Positions 50,025-59,696 of a DNA stretch of 64,000 nt are shown one piece after another; position 1 is the stretch's first letter; every line of letters starts with the position of its first letter. Source of the stretch: an uncultured Alphaproteobacteria bacterium (GTDB taxonomy: Bacteria > Pseudomonadota > Alphaproteobacteria > RF32 > CAG-239); contig CALXYB010000003.1 of the NCBI GenBank assembly GCA_944392835.1, forward strand, positions 73,389-137,388, given 5' to 3'. The position numbers and the translations under genes are program-made. The notes under the pieces were generated by a model. That model searched no databases, had not been told where the DNA came from, and saw nothing but the letters and a program-made list of their open reading frames with translations.

Positions 50025-50097
50025 AAAGACTTTACAATAGGGTAAATTAGAATATGTTGTTTGCCATAGGTACAACAACATATTTGTAAGGAAAAAA

Positions 50098-50649
50098 ATG
50101 TTACATCCATGGCATGGCGTAGGGGCAGGCGAGAATGCTCCGGAAATTATTACCGCAATAATAGAAGTTCCGCGCGGTTCCAACATAAAATATGAATTGG
50201 ACAAAGCCAGCGGTTTGTTGAAAGTTGACCGCATTTTGTATAGTGCGGTACATTATCCGGCGAATTATGGCTTTATTCCGCAGAGTTATTGTGATGATAA
50301 TGACCCGTTGGATATTTTGGTCTTGGGGCAGGAACCTGTTTTACCTTTGTCAATTTTGCGCGCCAAACCGATAGGTGTTATGAAGATGTTTGACCAAGGC
50401 GAGATGGATGACAAGATTATTGCCGTCCACGTAGATGACCCGGAGTATGCGCATTATAAGAGCATAGACGAGCTTCCGCCACATTGTTTGAAGACTTTGC
50501 GCCGCTTTTTTGAGGACTATAAAGTTCTAGAAAACAAGCAAGTTATTATAGAAACCTTTTTAGGGCCAGATGAAGCCAAAAAAACCATCAAAGAAGCAAT
50601 GGCTTTATATCAGGAAAATAAGGAACATTTAACCGGATATGAGGGGTAA
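50098..50649 (+). CDS. ppa: Inorganic pyrophosphatase, family I.
   Basis: DPLDILVL and [21 protein letters not shown] are PPase signature regions. The product is 183 aa. Confidence 0.85.
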   Translation: MLHPWHGVGAGENAPEIITAIIEVPRGSNIKYELDKASGLLKVDRILYSAVHYPANYGFIPQSYCDDNDPLDILVLGQEPVLPLSILRAKPIGVMKMFDQGEMDDKIIAVHVDDPEYAHYKSIDELPPHCLKTLRRFFEDYKVLENKQVIIETFLGPDEAKKTIKEAMALYQENKEHLTGYEG

Positions 50650-50767
50650 GAAGAAGGCGGTTTTCCACAAACCGCCTTTTATATTGCCAAAGAAAGCTGA
50701 TAATTATTGCACTAAAGCAAATCTGATGTTAAATTTGCGCAATAGGATAACTTTAGGATTGCGTTTC

Positions 50768-51763
50768 ATGCCGCAGATTTCTTTAATTATACCGTTGTAT
50801 AATGCTGAAAAATATTTGGAAGCATGTTTGGCATCGGTTGCAGCTCAAAGCTTCAGAGACTTTGAAGTGCTGTGTATTAATGATGGCTCTAAAGACAAAA
50901 CGGAAGAGATAGTTCAGAGTTTTGTCGCCAAAGATTCTCGTTTCAAACTCATCAATCAGGAAAATGCAGGCTGTTCGGCTGCCAGAAACCACGGTATAGA
51001 ATTAGCCGAAGCACCGTATATTGCTTTTTTGGACCAAGATGACATGCTTCATCCGCAAGCCTTTGAAGCCCTGTATTATATGGTAACAAGGTTTAATGCG
51101 GATGTTGCCGCATTTAAGAATAAGACCGTACCGGATGACTTTGTGCCGCAAGAAATTAAGCATTACAATCTGGAGGAGTTAGACTATAAGTTCAGTACAA
51201 CTCCTTTTGATGACTTTTTTGCCGGAAAGAAAAACGGGCGAGGCGGCTCAGTCTTGGTTTGGAACAGATTATACAGCAAAGCTGCCGTAAAAGGGCTTGA
51301 TTTTCCCGTAAATGTCCAGCCCGCTGAAGATACGATATATACACTCAAGGTTTTGTTCCAGATAAAGAATATGGTAACAACGGATGCTGAGTTTTTGTTT
51401 TATAGAGACAGTTCTACTTCGGTAATGAATCAGGGCAAGACGGAAAAATATGTCAAATCGCACGCCTTGGCCGCACAGGTAATGTATGAATATTTCATAA
51501 AGTCAGGCCTGGCGCAAGGAGAGCGGAAAAAATTGCTAAATCATTATTTGGCAAGGTTTATATTTAAGTCTTTAGTTTCACAGCCATTGCGCCTGCCGCC
51601 GGAGAAGAGTAAGCGGTACGAGTTTTGGAATTTTGCCCGAGAATGTGTGGCGATTTTGAGACAAGGCGGCGCTTATGAGCCCAAGGTTTTGGGCTGGCGG
51701 TTTAATTTGGCTTCTTATTTGTTTTTGCATAAACAATACTTAATGGCGAGGGCTTTGGTATGA
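50768..51763 (+). CDS. Family 2 glycosyltransferase (GT-A fold).
   Basis: ISLIIPLYNAEKYLEACLASV...CINDGSKD is the classic GT2 N-terminus. The DxD is FLDQDD. The start is chosen at MPQISLII. Confidence 0.7.
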   Translation: MPQISLIIPLYNAEKYLEACLASVAAQSFRDFEVLCINDGSKDKTEEIVQSFVAKDSRFKLINQENAGCSAARNHGIELAEAPYIAFLDQDDMLHPQAFEALYYMVTRFNADVAAFKNKTVPDDFVPQEIKHYNLEELDYKFSTTPFDDFFAGKKNGRGGSVLVWNRLYSKAAVKGLDFPVNVQPAEDTIYTLKVLFQIKNMVTTDAEFLFYRDSSTSVMNQGKTEKYVKSHALAAQVMYEYFIKSGLAQGERKKLLNHYLARFIFKSLVSQPLRLPPEKSKRYEFWNFARECVAILRQGGAYEPKVLGWRFNLASYLFLHKQYLMARALV

Positions 51764-52737
51764 AAGTTGATGTTGCGGTCCAGTCCTACAAAAAACCGGA
51801 ATCTTTGCTCTATACGCTGATGAGCTTAAAAAAAGTTGCCGGAGATTTGATAGATACGGTTTATATCAATGACGATTGCTCCAATGATGGTTCTGTAGAG
51901 CTATTTAAGGATATTCGGGTTAAGGAATATTTCAGCCCCTGGAAGTTAGATGTTCGGGTTAATACGAAGAATGTCGGCATCAATCAGGTATATATGCTGA
52001 AATATCGTCCGGATTATATGAATTGGCTGTTTGTCTTGAGCAAGTTCAAGCGTTTTATAGATTCAAAAATGAGCCATAACAAAGATGACATTCGTTATCA
52101 GTATGCCATAGATAATACGGATAAAAAATATCTGATGATCATCCACGATGATGTCAAATTTTTCAAAAACATCGTGCAGTTATATTTAGATACGATGGAC
52201 GGCAATCCGAATTTGGCAATCGTTGGAGATTTAGGGCAGTGTTGGCGTTGCAAATTTGCGGATGTTTGCAGTCCAAAGAAGCTGATGCAAGGTTTTCGCC
52301 CGTCAAAATATTGGCCGATAAGCCCAAACAAAGATGAAAAGGGCAATTTTAACCTCAAAAAAGGCTATACAAGAGCTTGCCGCATCAATGAATGGTGCTG
52401 TATGGTAGATGTGGAAAAGTGCAAGGATATAACCAAGCGCAAGCACTGCTTTATCGGCAATATGTATAAATACTCTGACACTTCAGCTTTTTGGTTTAGC
52501 AAAATGCTGGAATGCGGCTATGATTTTTGTGATCCTTTGCCGTCAGAGGCTTTGCGCACGCAGTTAGAGATTAGTCCCGAGCATGAGGAATATTATCTGC
52601 ACGCCTGGCAAGGCCACCCCGGGCATTCGGTTTGGGCAGACCAAGGTATGGGCATTGTAAAATATAATCGTGATGAGATTATAGATTTAATGAAAAAAGA
52701 ATTTGGATTTGATTTTCCGCATAAATTGATAGGGTAA
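51760..52737 (+). CDS. Putative glycosyltransferase, GT-A-like.
   Basis: VAVQSYKKPESL...INDDCSNDGS and IHDDVKF look like a DxD-containing GT-A fold. The start overlaps the upstream stop (ATGA). It has a Cys-rich region. Confidence 0.4.
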   Translation: MKVDVAVQSYKKPESLLYTLMSLKKVAGDLIDTVYINDDCSNDGSVELFKDIRVKEYFSPWKLDVRVNTKNVGINQVYMLKYRPDYMNWLFVLSKFKRFIDSKMSHNKDDIRYQYAIDNTDKKYLMIIHDDVKFFKNIVQLYLDTMDGNPNLAIVGDLGQCWRCKFADVCSPKKLMQGFRPSKYWPISPNKDEKGNFNLKKGYTRACRINEWCCMVDVEKCKDITKRKHCFIGNMYKYSDTSAFWFSKMLECGYDFCDPLPSEALRTQLEISPEHEEYYLHAWQGHPGHSVWADQGMGIVKYNRDEIIDLMKKEFGFDFPHKLIG

Positions 52738-52741
52738 AAAA

Positions 52742-53590
52742 ATGTATTGTAAAAAGAAAAATAATAAGATAGAGGGTGTGCCGAGCTTTTATAAAAAGAG
52801 CAGCATACATTTAACCGGAAAAAATAATAAGATTATCTTTGGTAAAAACTGCAATATCATAAATTGCCGCATAAAGCTCTATGGAAATTCTACGTTAGTT
52901 TTAGGTGAAAACTGCCATTTTGAAAATACCTTAATAATGCTGACCGATTCTGAGGCCAGATTTGGCGATAACACGGAAGCCTCACGCGTAACTGTAACTT
53001 CAACGGGAAACTCTTTGTTGGACTTGGGCGCTGGTTCGGTAATTTGCGGCGAATTTGATATGCGCAACAAAGGCATCATCAAAGCCAAAAGGTTATGGAC
53101 AACTTGGGGTCCGCATATTGCCGCCAACCATGGCAAGATAGAATTTGGCGATGGCGGAACTGCCGATTCCATTATTTATAACAGCGATTTTCATCCGATG
53201 TATGATTTGGAAGGCAATTTGCAGAATGAAGAACAAGATGTCATTATAGGCAATCAGGTTTGGATAGGAAGAAAGTGCTTTATCTTTAAAGGAGCCAAGA
53301 TTGGTGATGGCAGTATCATTTCTTCCGGAACTTATACAGGCAAAGAAATTCCGCCGCATTCTTTGGTCGCCGGAAATCCGGGACGTATTGTTCGCAGAGA
53401 CATTGTTTGGGCAGTAAAAGATAAGCCGGAGTTAAAGAAACATTTTCCGCTAGCTCCGGATGATGAAGAGGCATTTAGAGCATTTTATCATGAAGCCTAT
53501 GAGGTAAATCGCACAATAAAACAAAGAAAAGGTTGTTTGTGGCTGAATTGGCTAAGAGTGTATATGGCCTTTATTTCATCAAAAAAGTAA
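52742..53590 (+). CDS. Hexapeptide-repeat sugar O-acetyltransferase (left-handed beta-helix; LacA/WcaB/NeuD-like).
   Basis: The C-terminus ...IGNQVWIGRKCFIFKGAKIGDGSIISSGTYTGKEIPPHSLVAGNPGRIVRR is present. AGNPGRIVRR is a hallmark of polysaccharide O-acetyltransferases. Confidence 0.65.
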   Translation: MYCKKKNNKIEGVPSFYKKSSIHLTGKNNKIIFGKNCNIINCRIKLYGNSTLVLGENCHFENTLIMLTDSEARFGDNTEASRVTVTSTGNSLLDLGAGSVICGEFDMRNKGIIKAKRLWTTWGPHIAANHGKIEFGDGGTADSIIYNSDFHPMYDLEGNLQNEEQDVIIGNQVWIGRKCFIFKGAKIGDGSIISSGTYTGKEIPPHSLVAGNPGRIVRRDIVWAVKDKPELKKHFPLAPDDEEAFRAFYHEAYEVNRTIKQRKGCLWLNWLRVYMAFISSKK

Positions 53591-53605
53591 AAAGGAGAAG
53601 ATAAA

Positions 53606-54493
53606 ATGGGAGCAACACTTTTTGCAAAAAATATAATCAGACTGTTTAAGTTTGACCTAAAGCATTTTTACAAAACTCTCCGCAAATACGAGAACTTGGA
53701 CTTAATGCTGGATAATCTGAAATACGAGATTGCCGATGAGGTCAAAGACATCAAACTGCCAAAAGTATTAAAACCCTTAGACAGCATAAAAGAGATTATA
53801 AGAAGCCAAAAAAGTGTAGCTCGTTTCGGCGATGGCGAGTTTAATCTGATATTGGGGAACGCAATCGGTTTTCAGGAGTTTGACCCCAAACTTCAGGAAA
53901 GATTGATAGAGGTTCTGACTTGCCCTGATGAAGATATGTTGATAGGCATATCTGACAGATTCGGCAGTTTGGACAATCTGGAGCTCAATGTTCGCAATTA
54001 TTGGCGCGATTTCTTGGGCAAGCATCGTCAAGAGATATATAAGCTGTTGGATTTTAATCGTACTTATATAGACACGCATATTACGGCCTATGGTGTGGAG
54101 ATGGTGGATCATACCACCGAGGAAGCGAGAGCCGCAAGCGAGATTTTTTATAACGAAGTTCGCAAGATTTGGGAAGGTCAGGACATCACAATCATCAAAG
54201 GTGCGGGCGAAGAGCATTTCACCCACGATATTTATGACAATGCCAAATCCGTAAGCTATATTTATGGGCCTAAAGCTCACGCCTTTAGAGAATATGACAG
54301 AATTTTTGCCGAGGCTAAGGAGCTGCCGAAAGACAGACTCATAATCATCATTCTCGGCCCGACCGCCAAACCTTTGGCTTATGACTTACATAAGTTAGGC
54401 TATCGCGCCTTAGATTTAGGACATATGGCCAAAGCTTATGAATGGCTGAAGACAAGGGATAAGATTGTCGCTGGGAAATTTTTTGCAGCCTAA
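53606..54493 (+). CDS. GT-D type glycosyltransferase (DUF1792-like).
   Basis: The RFGDGEF motif is present. The size and composition recall the DUF1792/GT-D family. Confidence 0.45.
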   Translation: MGATLFAKNIIRLFKFDLKHFYKTLRKYENLDLMLDNLKYEIADEVKDIKLPKVLKPLDSIKEIIRSQKSVARFGDGEFNLILGNAIGFQEFDPKLQERLIEVLTCPDEDMLIGISDRFGSLDNLELNVRNYWRDFLGKHRQEIYKLLDFNRTYIDTHITAYGVEMVDHTTEEARAASEIFYNEVRKIWEGQDITIIKGAGEEHFTHDIYDNAKSVSYIYGPKAHAFREYDRIFAEAKELPKDRLIIIILGPTAKPLAYDLHKLGYRALDLGHMAKAYEWLKTRDKIVAGKFFAA

Positions 54494-54514
54494 ATCAAAG
54501 GGTTATAAGAGAAA

Positions 54515-55372
54515 ATGAAAATATTGGTTCATCTGCACTTGTTTTATCAGGATATGCTGACCGAAATGCTGGAGCTTTTGCGCAATCTGGACGGCTATGA
54601 CTATGACTTGTTTGCCACAATGTGCAAGGCCTCGCACGAGACTTTGGACGGATTGCGCCGCTTTAAGCCCGAGGTTACGATAATAGATGTTGAGAACAGG
54701 GGCTATGATGTCGCACCTTTTGTTAAGGTGTTGCAGCTGGCAGATTTGAAGCAATATGACTATATCATTAAGATTCATAGCAAACGGAATTTAAAGCGCC
54801 GCGCTTGGTTAAAAAATACGTCTTTTAAGGGCGATGGCTGGCGCAAAGCACTGGTAGGCTTTATGTCTACACCAGAACAACTTCGCAAGACTTTGGCTTT
54901 GTTCAGAAATCCGGATGTAGGGATGGTTTCCCATTATAACCTGATAACTGAGGCGGGCAAGGAAGATGTCGTAGCCAACAAGAGAGCGGACAAGTTGCTG
55001 GCGGAGATGGGCTTGCAAACAAAAGAGCACAAATTTGTCGGCGGCACAATGTTTATTGCCAGAGCCTATTTGTTCAAGCCGCTGAAAGAATACCCCTGCA
55101 AGATGGAGGACTTTGAGCCTTATAGCAAGGATGTACATGGCGGAACTTTGGCTCATGCTTATGAGCGCTTGTTTGGTTATGTCGTAACTGCGCAACAAAA
55201 AGAGATTGTTTCGTATGAGACGGAGACAAAAGCAATTAAATTCTGGCACATCGTCCGCCGCATACTTTTGACCATCGGCAGAACGATTTTACAAGTAAAA
55301 ATAAACAGCAAGAACAAACTGATAATAAAGTTCTTTAAGTTACCTGTTTGTTCTTGGCAGTTAAAAGATTAA
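54515..55372 (+). CDS. RgpF-like (rhamnan synthesis protein F family) glycosyltransferase.
   Basis: The N-terminal KILVHLHLFYQDML...NRGYDVAPF resembles the RgpF family signature. Confidence 0.5.
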   Translation: MKILVHLHLFYQDMLTEMLELLRNLDGYDYDLFATMCKASHETLDGLRRFKPEVTIIDVENRGYDVAPFVKVLQLADLKQYDYIIKIHSKRNLKRRAWLKNTSFKGDGWRKALVGFMSTPEQLRKTLALFRNPDVGMVSHYNLITEAGKEDVVANKRADKLLAEMGLQTKEHKFVGGTMFIARAYLFKPLKEYPCKMEDFEPYSKDVHGGTLAHAYERLFGYVVTAQQKEIVSYETETKAIKFWHIVRRILLTIGRTILQVKINSKNKLIIKFFKLPVCSWQLKD

Positions 55373-55848
55373 GCTAAAAGGTTTAATACTCCGAGCAAGA
55401 AAGCTCCGGCAATAATACCTGCAAAAACATCATCAAGCATCACGCCCCAAGCATTTTTGAGCTTAGTATCCGCCCATTTGACCGGCCCGAGTTTGACAAT
55501 GTCAAATATCCGGAACAAAACAAAGCCTATGAGGTAGACCAGCCAAGCATTAAGGTTTTGGTATAAGAGCTGTCCGACAAACACAAAGGTCAGCATTTGT
55601 CCGGCAAATTCATCAATAACCACAAGGGAAGGGTCTTTTTCTTCTTGGTGAGAGATAATCTCATGCGTTGCCCATACGCCGATAAAGAAAGCGATGATGG
55701 TTGCCGCCAAAATTCCGGCAGTACCGAAAAAATAAGCCATAAGGAAGGCAACCGGGAGTGTGCCGAGAGAGCCGACCGTACCGGAAGCTTTAGGCGCATA
55801 GCCCAAACCGAAATAAGAAGCAAGAATATGAGCAATTTTGTTTTTCAT
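55369..55848 (-). CDS. pgpA: Phosphatidylglycerophosphatase A.
   Basis: The motifs VGSLGTLPVA, VIDEFAG and FRIFDIVK are PgpA motifs. The start is chosen at MKNKIAHIL. Confidence 0.8.
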   Translation of the reverse strand: MKNKIAHILASYFGLGYAPKASGTVGSLGTLPVAFLMAYFFGTAGILAATIIAFFIGVWATHEIISHQEEKDPSLVVIDEFAGQMLTFVFVGQLLYQNLNAWLVYLIGFVLFRIFDIVKLGPVKWADTKLKNAWGVMLDDVFAGIIAGAFLLGVLNLLA

Positions 55849-55942
55849 CTTAAAAAATCCTTTCTGTTTGAGAATATTTAAGCATAAAAAAAACTCTCCG
55901 CAACTCAAAAATTGCAGAGAGTTCTTTCTTGTGAATTAAGTG

Positions 55943-58579
55943 TTAGATTTCAAACTTCGTAACACCTTTGTAGGCGTAGCGATAGAGTTGTTTGATTTCA
56001 TCAACCAGCGGATAACGCGGATTAGCGCCGGTGCATTGGTCATCAAAGGCCAAGAGAGAAAGCTCATCAAGGTCAGCCTCAAAAGTCTTTTCATCAATAC
56101 CCCATGCTTTGATGGAGGCAGGGATGTTAAGAGTCTTTTTGAGTTCCTCAATTTTCTCAATCAACAAATCAAGCTTTTCTTCTTTTGTGTTTCCGCCCAA
56201 GTTCAAATATTCGGCAACGCGTGCATAACGAGACTTCGCGCAAGGATATTTGTATTGGGAAAAAGCAGCCTGACGGAACGGATGGTCCGAAGCATTGAAA
56301 CGCATAACCTGAGAAAGCAGGAGCGCATTAGCAATACCATGCGGAATATGATATTTTGCACCGAGTTTATGCGCCATAGAGTGGCACAAACCGAGGAATG
56401 CGTTGGCAAAAGCCATACCAGCCATCGTTGCCGCATGGTGAATTTTCTCACGAGCCACAGCATTTTGAGAGCCTTCATTGTAAGAAGCCGGCAGATATTT
56501 AAATATCAGGCGGATAGCTTCAAAAGCCAAGCCGTTTGTATATTCTGTTGACATTGTTGATGCAATCGCTTCCAAAGAGTGAACCAAAGCATCAATACCG
56601 CCGGCAGCGCACAAACCTTTCGGCATGGAGAGAACGAGGTTCGCATCCACAATAGCCATATTCGGTGTGAGGGCATAGTCTGCAATCGGATATTTTACGC
56701 CGGTTGCATCATCGGTGATAACGGCAAAAGACGTAACTTCCGAACCCGTACCTGATGTTGTCGGCACAGCCACCATATAAGCTTTTTTGCCCATTTCCGG
56801 AAATTCAAAAATACGTTTGCGAATATCCATAAAGCGCATAGCCATATCTTCAAACTTGAGCTCAGGGTGTTCATACATTAGCCATACGATTTTAGCAGCA
56901 TCAATCGGCGAGCCGCCACCGAGAGCGATAATAACATCCGGTTGGAAAGCATTAACCAAATCCAAAGCCTGATGGATGGTTGACAAATCCGGATCCGGAT
57001 GAACATCAGAGAAGATTTGGAAACTGATTCCGACTTCTTCCAAAACATCCGTAATCGGGCGTGTATAGCCTAAATCAAACAAAGGTTTATCAGTAATGAT
57101 AAAGGCTTTTTTGCGCCCTTTAAGCTCGCGTAAAGCATGCGGCAAACATCCGGCCTTAAAGTAAACTTTCGGCGGCACCTTAAACCACAACATATTTTCC
57201 TGACGCATAGCAATCGTTTTAATATTCATCAAATGTTTAACTCCCAAGTTTCCGCTGACTGAGTTTCCGCCCCAAGAGCCGCAGCCCAAAGTCAAGGACG
57301 GTTCCAAAATAAAGTTGTATAAGTCGCCAAGCGCACCCTGAGAAGACGGGCTGTTGACGATAATACGCGCCGTCGGAATAAGCTCGCCATAATGCGTAAT
57401 GCGGTCGTGATTGTTGGGGTTGGTGTACAAAACAGCCGTATGACCGGCACCGCCGAACATAACCAAAGATTTTGCTTTTGCGGCGGCTTCTTCAAAGTTT
57501 TTAGCCTTGTACATAGCCAAAACCGGAGACAATTTTTCAGCCGAGAAAGGTTCTTGAGGTCCGACTTCCGAAACTTCGGCAATCAAAACTTTGGTATATT
57601 CAGGAACTTTAATTCCGGCCATCTTTGCAATGGTCGTTGCTCGTTGACCAACAATGTCTGCGTTAACATGACCATTTTCCAAAAGCATTTTGCCAAGTTT
57701 TTGTTTTTCTTTTTCGTTTAAGAAATAAGCGCCGCGAGTAACAAATTCTTCCTTAACCGCATCATAAATATCTTTAACAATAATGACGGATTGCTCGGAA
57801 GCACAAATCATACCATTATCAAAAGTCTTAGAGATTAAGACGGAAGAAACGGCGGGTTTAATCTCGGCTGTTTCATCAATAACCGCCGGCACATTACCCG
57901 GACCAACGCCAAGAGCCGGCTTGCCGGAAGTATAAGCGGCTTTGACCATCCCCGGACCACCTGTTGCCAAAATGGTATCAACTTTCGGGTGTTGCATCAA
58001 ATACTGGGAGAGCGTAACGCTCGGGTGTTCAATCCAAGCAATAATATCTTTCGGTGCACCGGCCTTAACAGCTTCCTCAAGCATAATACGAGCGGTTTCA
58101 ACCGTGCATTTTTTAGCTCTCGGGTGCGGGGAGAAGATAATGCCGTTACGAGTCTTCAAAGCCAAAAGGGTTTTGAAAATGGTTGTTGAGGTCGGATTCG
58201 TTGTTGGAATAATACCGGCAATAACACCAATCGGGTCGCCGACCTTCATAATACCGTTCAAGGGGTCTTCTTCCAACACGCCGCAGGTTTTGGTATTTTT
58301 GTATTTATTATAAATATATTCTGCGGCAAAATGGTTTTTGATAACCTTATCTTCCATAACACCCATACGGCTTTCTTCAGCAGCCATCTGAGCCAAAGGA
58401 ATACGCAATGAACTCATCTTAAGAGCCACGCGCTTAAAGATTTCGTCCACTTGCTCCTGAGTATAGGTTGCAAAAATTTTCTGAGCGGCACTAACCTTGC
58501 TGACCAAGTCATCAATATACTTTTCTTCATCAAGGATATTTTGTTCTGCCGATTTGTCTTCTTTTTTCTTCAAAGCCAT
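55943..58579 (-). CDS. adhE: Bifunctional acetaldehyde-CoA / alcohol dehydrogenase AdhE.
   Basis: The product is 878 aa. It is collinear with E. coli AdhE. The ALDH-domain catalytic Cys context is FDNGMICASEQSV. The Fe-ADH C-terminus has GGGSPIDAAK and HSMAHKLG. It ends in a ...RYAYKG-type tail. Confidence 0.9.
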   Translation of the reverse strand: MALKKKEDKSAEQNILDEEKYIDDLVSKVSAAQKIFATYTQEQVDEIFKRVALKMSSLRIPLAQMAAEESRMGVMEDKVIKNHFAAEYIYNKYKNTKTCGVLEEDPLNGIMKVGDPIGVIAGIIPTTNPTSTTIFKTLLALKTRNGIIFSPHPRAKKCTVETARIMLEEAVKAGAPKDIIAWIEHPSVTLSQYLMQHPKVDTILATGGPGMVKAAYTSGKPALGVGPGNVPAVIDETAEIKPAVSSVLISKTFDNGMICASEQSVIIVKDIYDAVKEEFVTRGAYFLNEKEKQKLGKMLLENGHVNADIVGQRATTIAKMAGIKVPEYTKVLIAEVSEVGPQEPFSAEKLSPVLAMYKAKNFEEAAAKAKSLVMFGGAGHTAVLYTNPNNHDRITHYGELIPTARIIVNSPSSQGALGDLYNFILEPSLTLGCGSWGGNSVSGNLGVKHLMNIKTIAMRQENMLWFKVPPKVYFKAGCLPHALRELKGRKKAFIITDKPLFDLGYTRPITDVLEEVGISFQIFSDVHPDPDLSTIHQALDLVNAFQPDVIIALGGGSPIDAAKIVWLMYEHPELKFEDMAMRFMDIRKRIFEFPEMGKKAYMVAVPTTSGTGSEVTSFAVITDDATGVKYPIADYALTPNMAIVDANLVLSMPKGLCAAGGIDALVHSLEAIASTMSTEYTNGLAFEAIRLIFKYLPASYNEGSQNAVAREKIHHAATMAGMAFANAFLGLCHSMAHKLGAKYHIPHGIANALLLSQVMRFNASDHPFRQAAFSQYKYPCAKSRYARVAEYLNLGGNTKEEKLDLLIEKIEELKKTLNIPASIKAWGIDEKTFEADLDELSLLAFDDQCTGANPRYPLVDEIKQLYRYAYKGVTKFEI

Positions 58580-58717
58580 TTTGTTTTCTCCATAGGGCTA
58601 ATATCCAAAATTCGGCAAAAGTATAAGCAAAAAAGATTAATGTTTTATTGCTGATATTAAGATTCTAAAAATATTTTTGTGATACTTAAGAAAAAAAATT
58701 GATAAGGAAGATTGCAA

Positions 58718-59266
58718 ATGAAACTCATAATTTTCAGACACGGCGAAACAGACGGCAATGTAAAAAACATTGTGCAAGGGGCAGGGGTAGATTGCCCCTT
58801 AAATGAACATGGAAAAATGCAGGCGGCAGAACTGAGAGATAAGCTGGCAAAGCTTAATCTGCCAGCAATCTATTGTTCTCATATGACCAGAGCCAAGCAA
58901 ACGGCGCAGATTGTGGCAGGGGCAAACAATACTAAGGTCATTGAGCAAGATGGTCTGGAAGAAGTTCATTATGGGATTGCGGAAGGAATGTTGTCGGCGG
59001 AAGCGCATATAAAATTTGCAGATATTTTTAAGGCAATCAAAGATGAGAATAATCCCAATCGTTTTGATGTGTCTATCCCCGGGGCAGAGAGTGTTCGCCA
59101 AGCAACGGAAAGGGGACTAAAAGCCCTGACCGAGATAAAGAAAAATTGCACTTATGATATGGTCGGCGTAGCCACGCACGGTGCCTTAATGTATAATTTA
59201 TATTATCATTATTTCGGCACCGAGCGCGTCTTTGCCAATTGCGAATATTTTGAACTGGAACTCTAA
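58718..59266 (+). CDS. Histidine phosphatase family protein (phosphoglycerate mutase-like).
   Basis: The N-terminal LIIFRHGETDGN is the RHG motif. A catalytic His is also later in THGALM. An AAGGA RBS is present. Confidence 0.7.
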   Translation: MKLIIFRHGETDGNVKNIVQGAGVDCPLNEHGKMQAAELRDKLAKLNLPAIYCSHMTRAKQTAQIVAGANNTKVIEQDGLEEVHYGIAEGMLSAEAHIKFADIFKAIKDENNPNRFDVSIPGAESVRQATERGLKALTEIKKNCTYDMVGVATHGALMYNLYYHYFGTERVFANCEYFELEL

Positions 59267-59310
59267 AAAAACACCTCATTTGCGGCCGGCAAATAAAGGT
59301 GTGTTTTTCA

Positions 59311-59580
59311 TCATAAAAGTCTGTAAGTTGTCTGTTCAACTTTGCAAACATAACGAGACTTAAACCCATAACAACAAACGACAGAAACCATAAGTGAAAA
59401 GCCGAAAACAAAACAATAAATATTAATGCCGAAATGACTCATCACCCCAACCAGAGAGAATATAGCCATTAACAAAACATCAACACAGGTTTGCATGTCG
59501 TAAAATCCATAAAGAGGGGCTTTTTTGTAAAGCGCAAAAGCTATTAAAATAACCAATGCAACAATTAAGAAAGTAGCCAT
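59311..59580 (-). CDS. Hypothetical small membrane protein, possibly not a real gene.
   Basis: The product is 89 aa, with two hydrophobic helices. There is no clear RBS. Confidence 0.25.
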   Translation of the reverse strand: MATFLIVALVILIAFALYKKAPLYGFYDMQTCVDVLLMAIFSLVGVMSHFGINIYCFVFGFSLMVSVVCCYGFKSRYVCKVEQTTYRLL

Positions 59581-59696
59581 AATATAATAATTTTAAAAGT
59601 TAATATTCAGGCAAAAAATCATAAGCGCAAAATAATCATCTACATGCTAAAATGATATTCTGCGCTTATTAATTTTTGCTTAAAACAAATTAAAAA

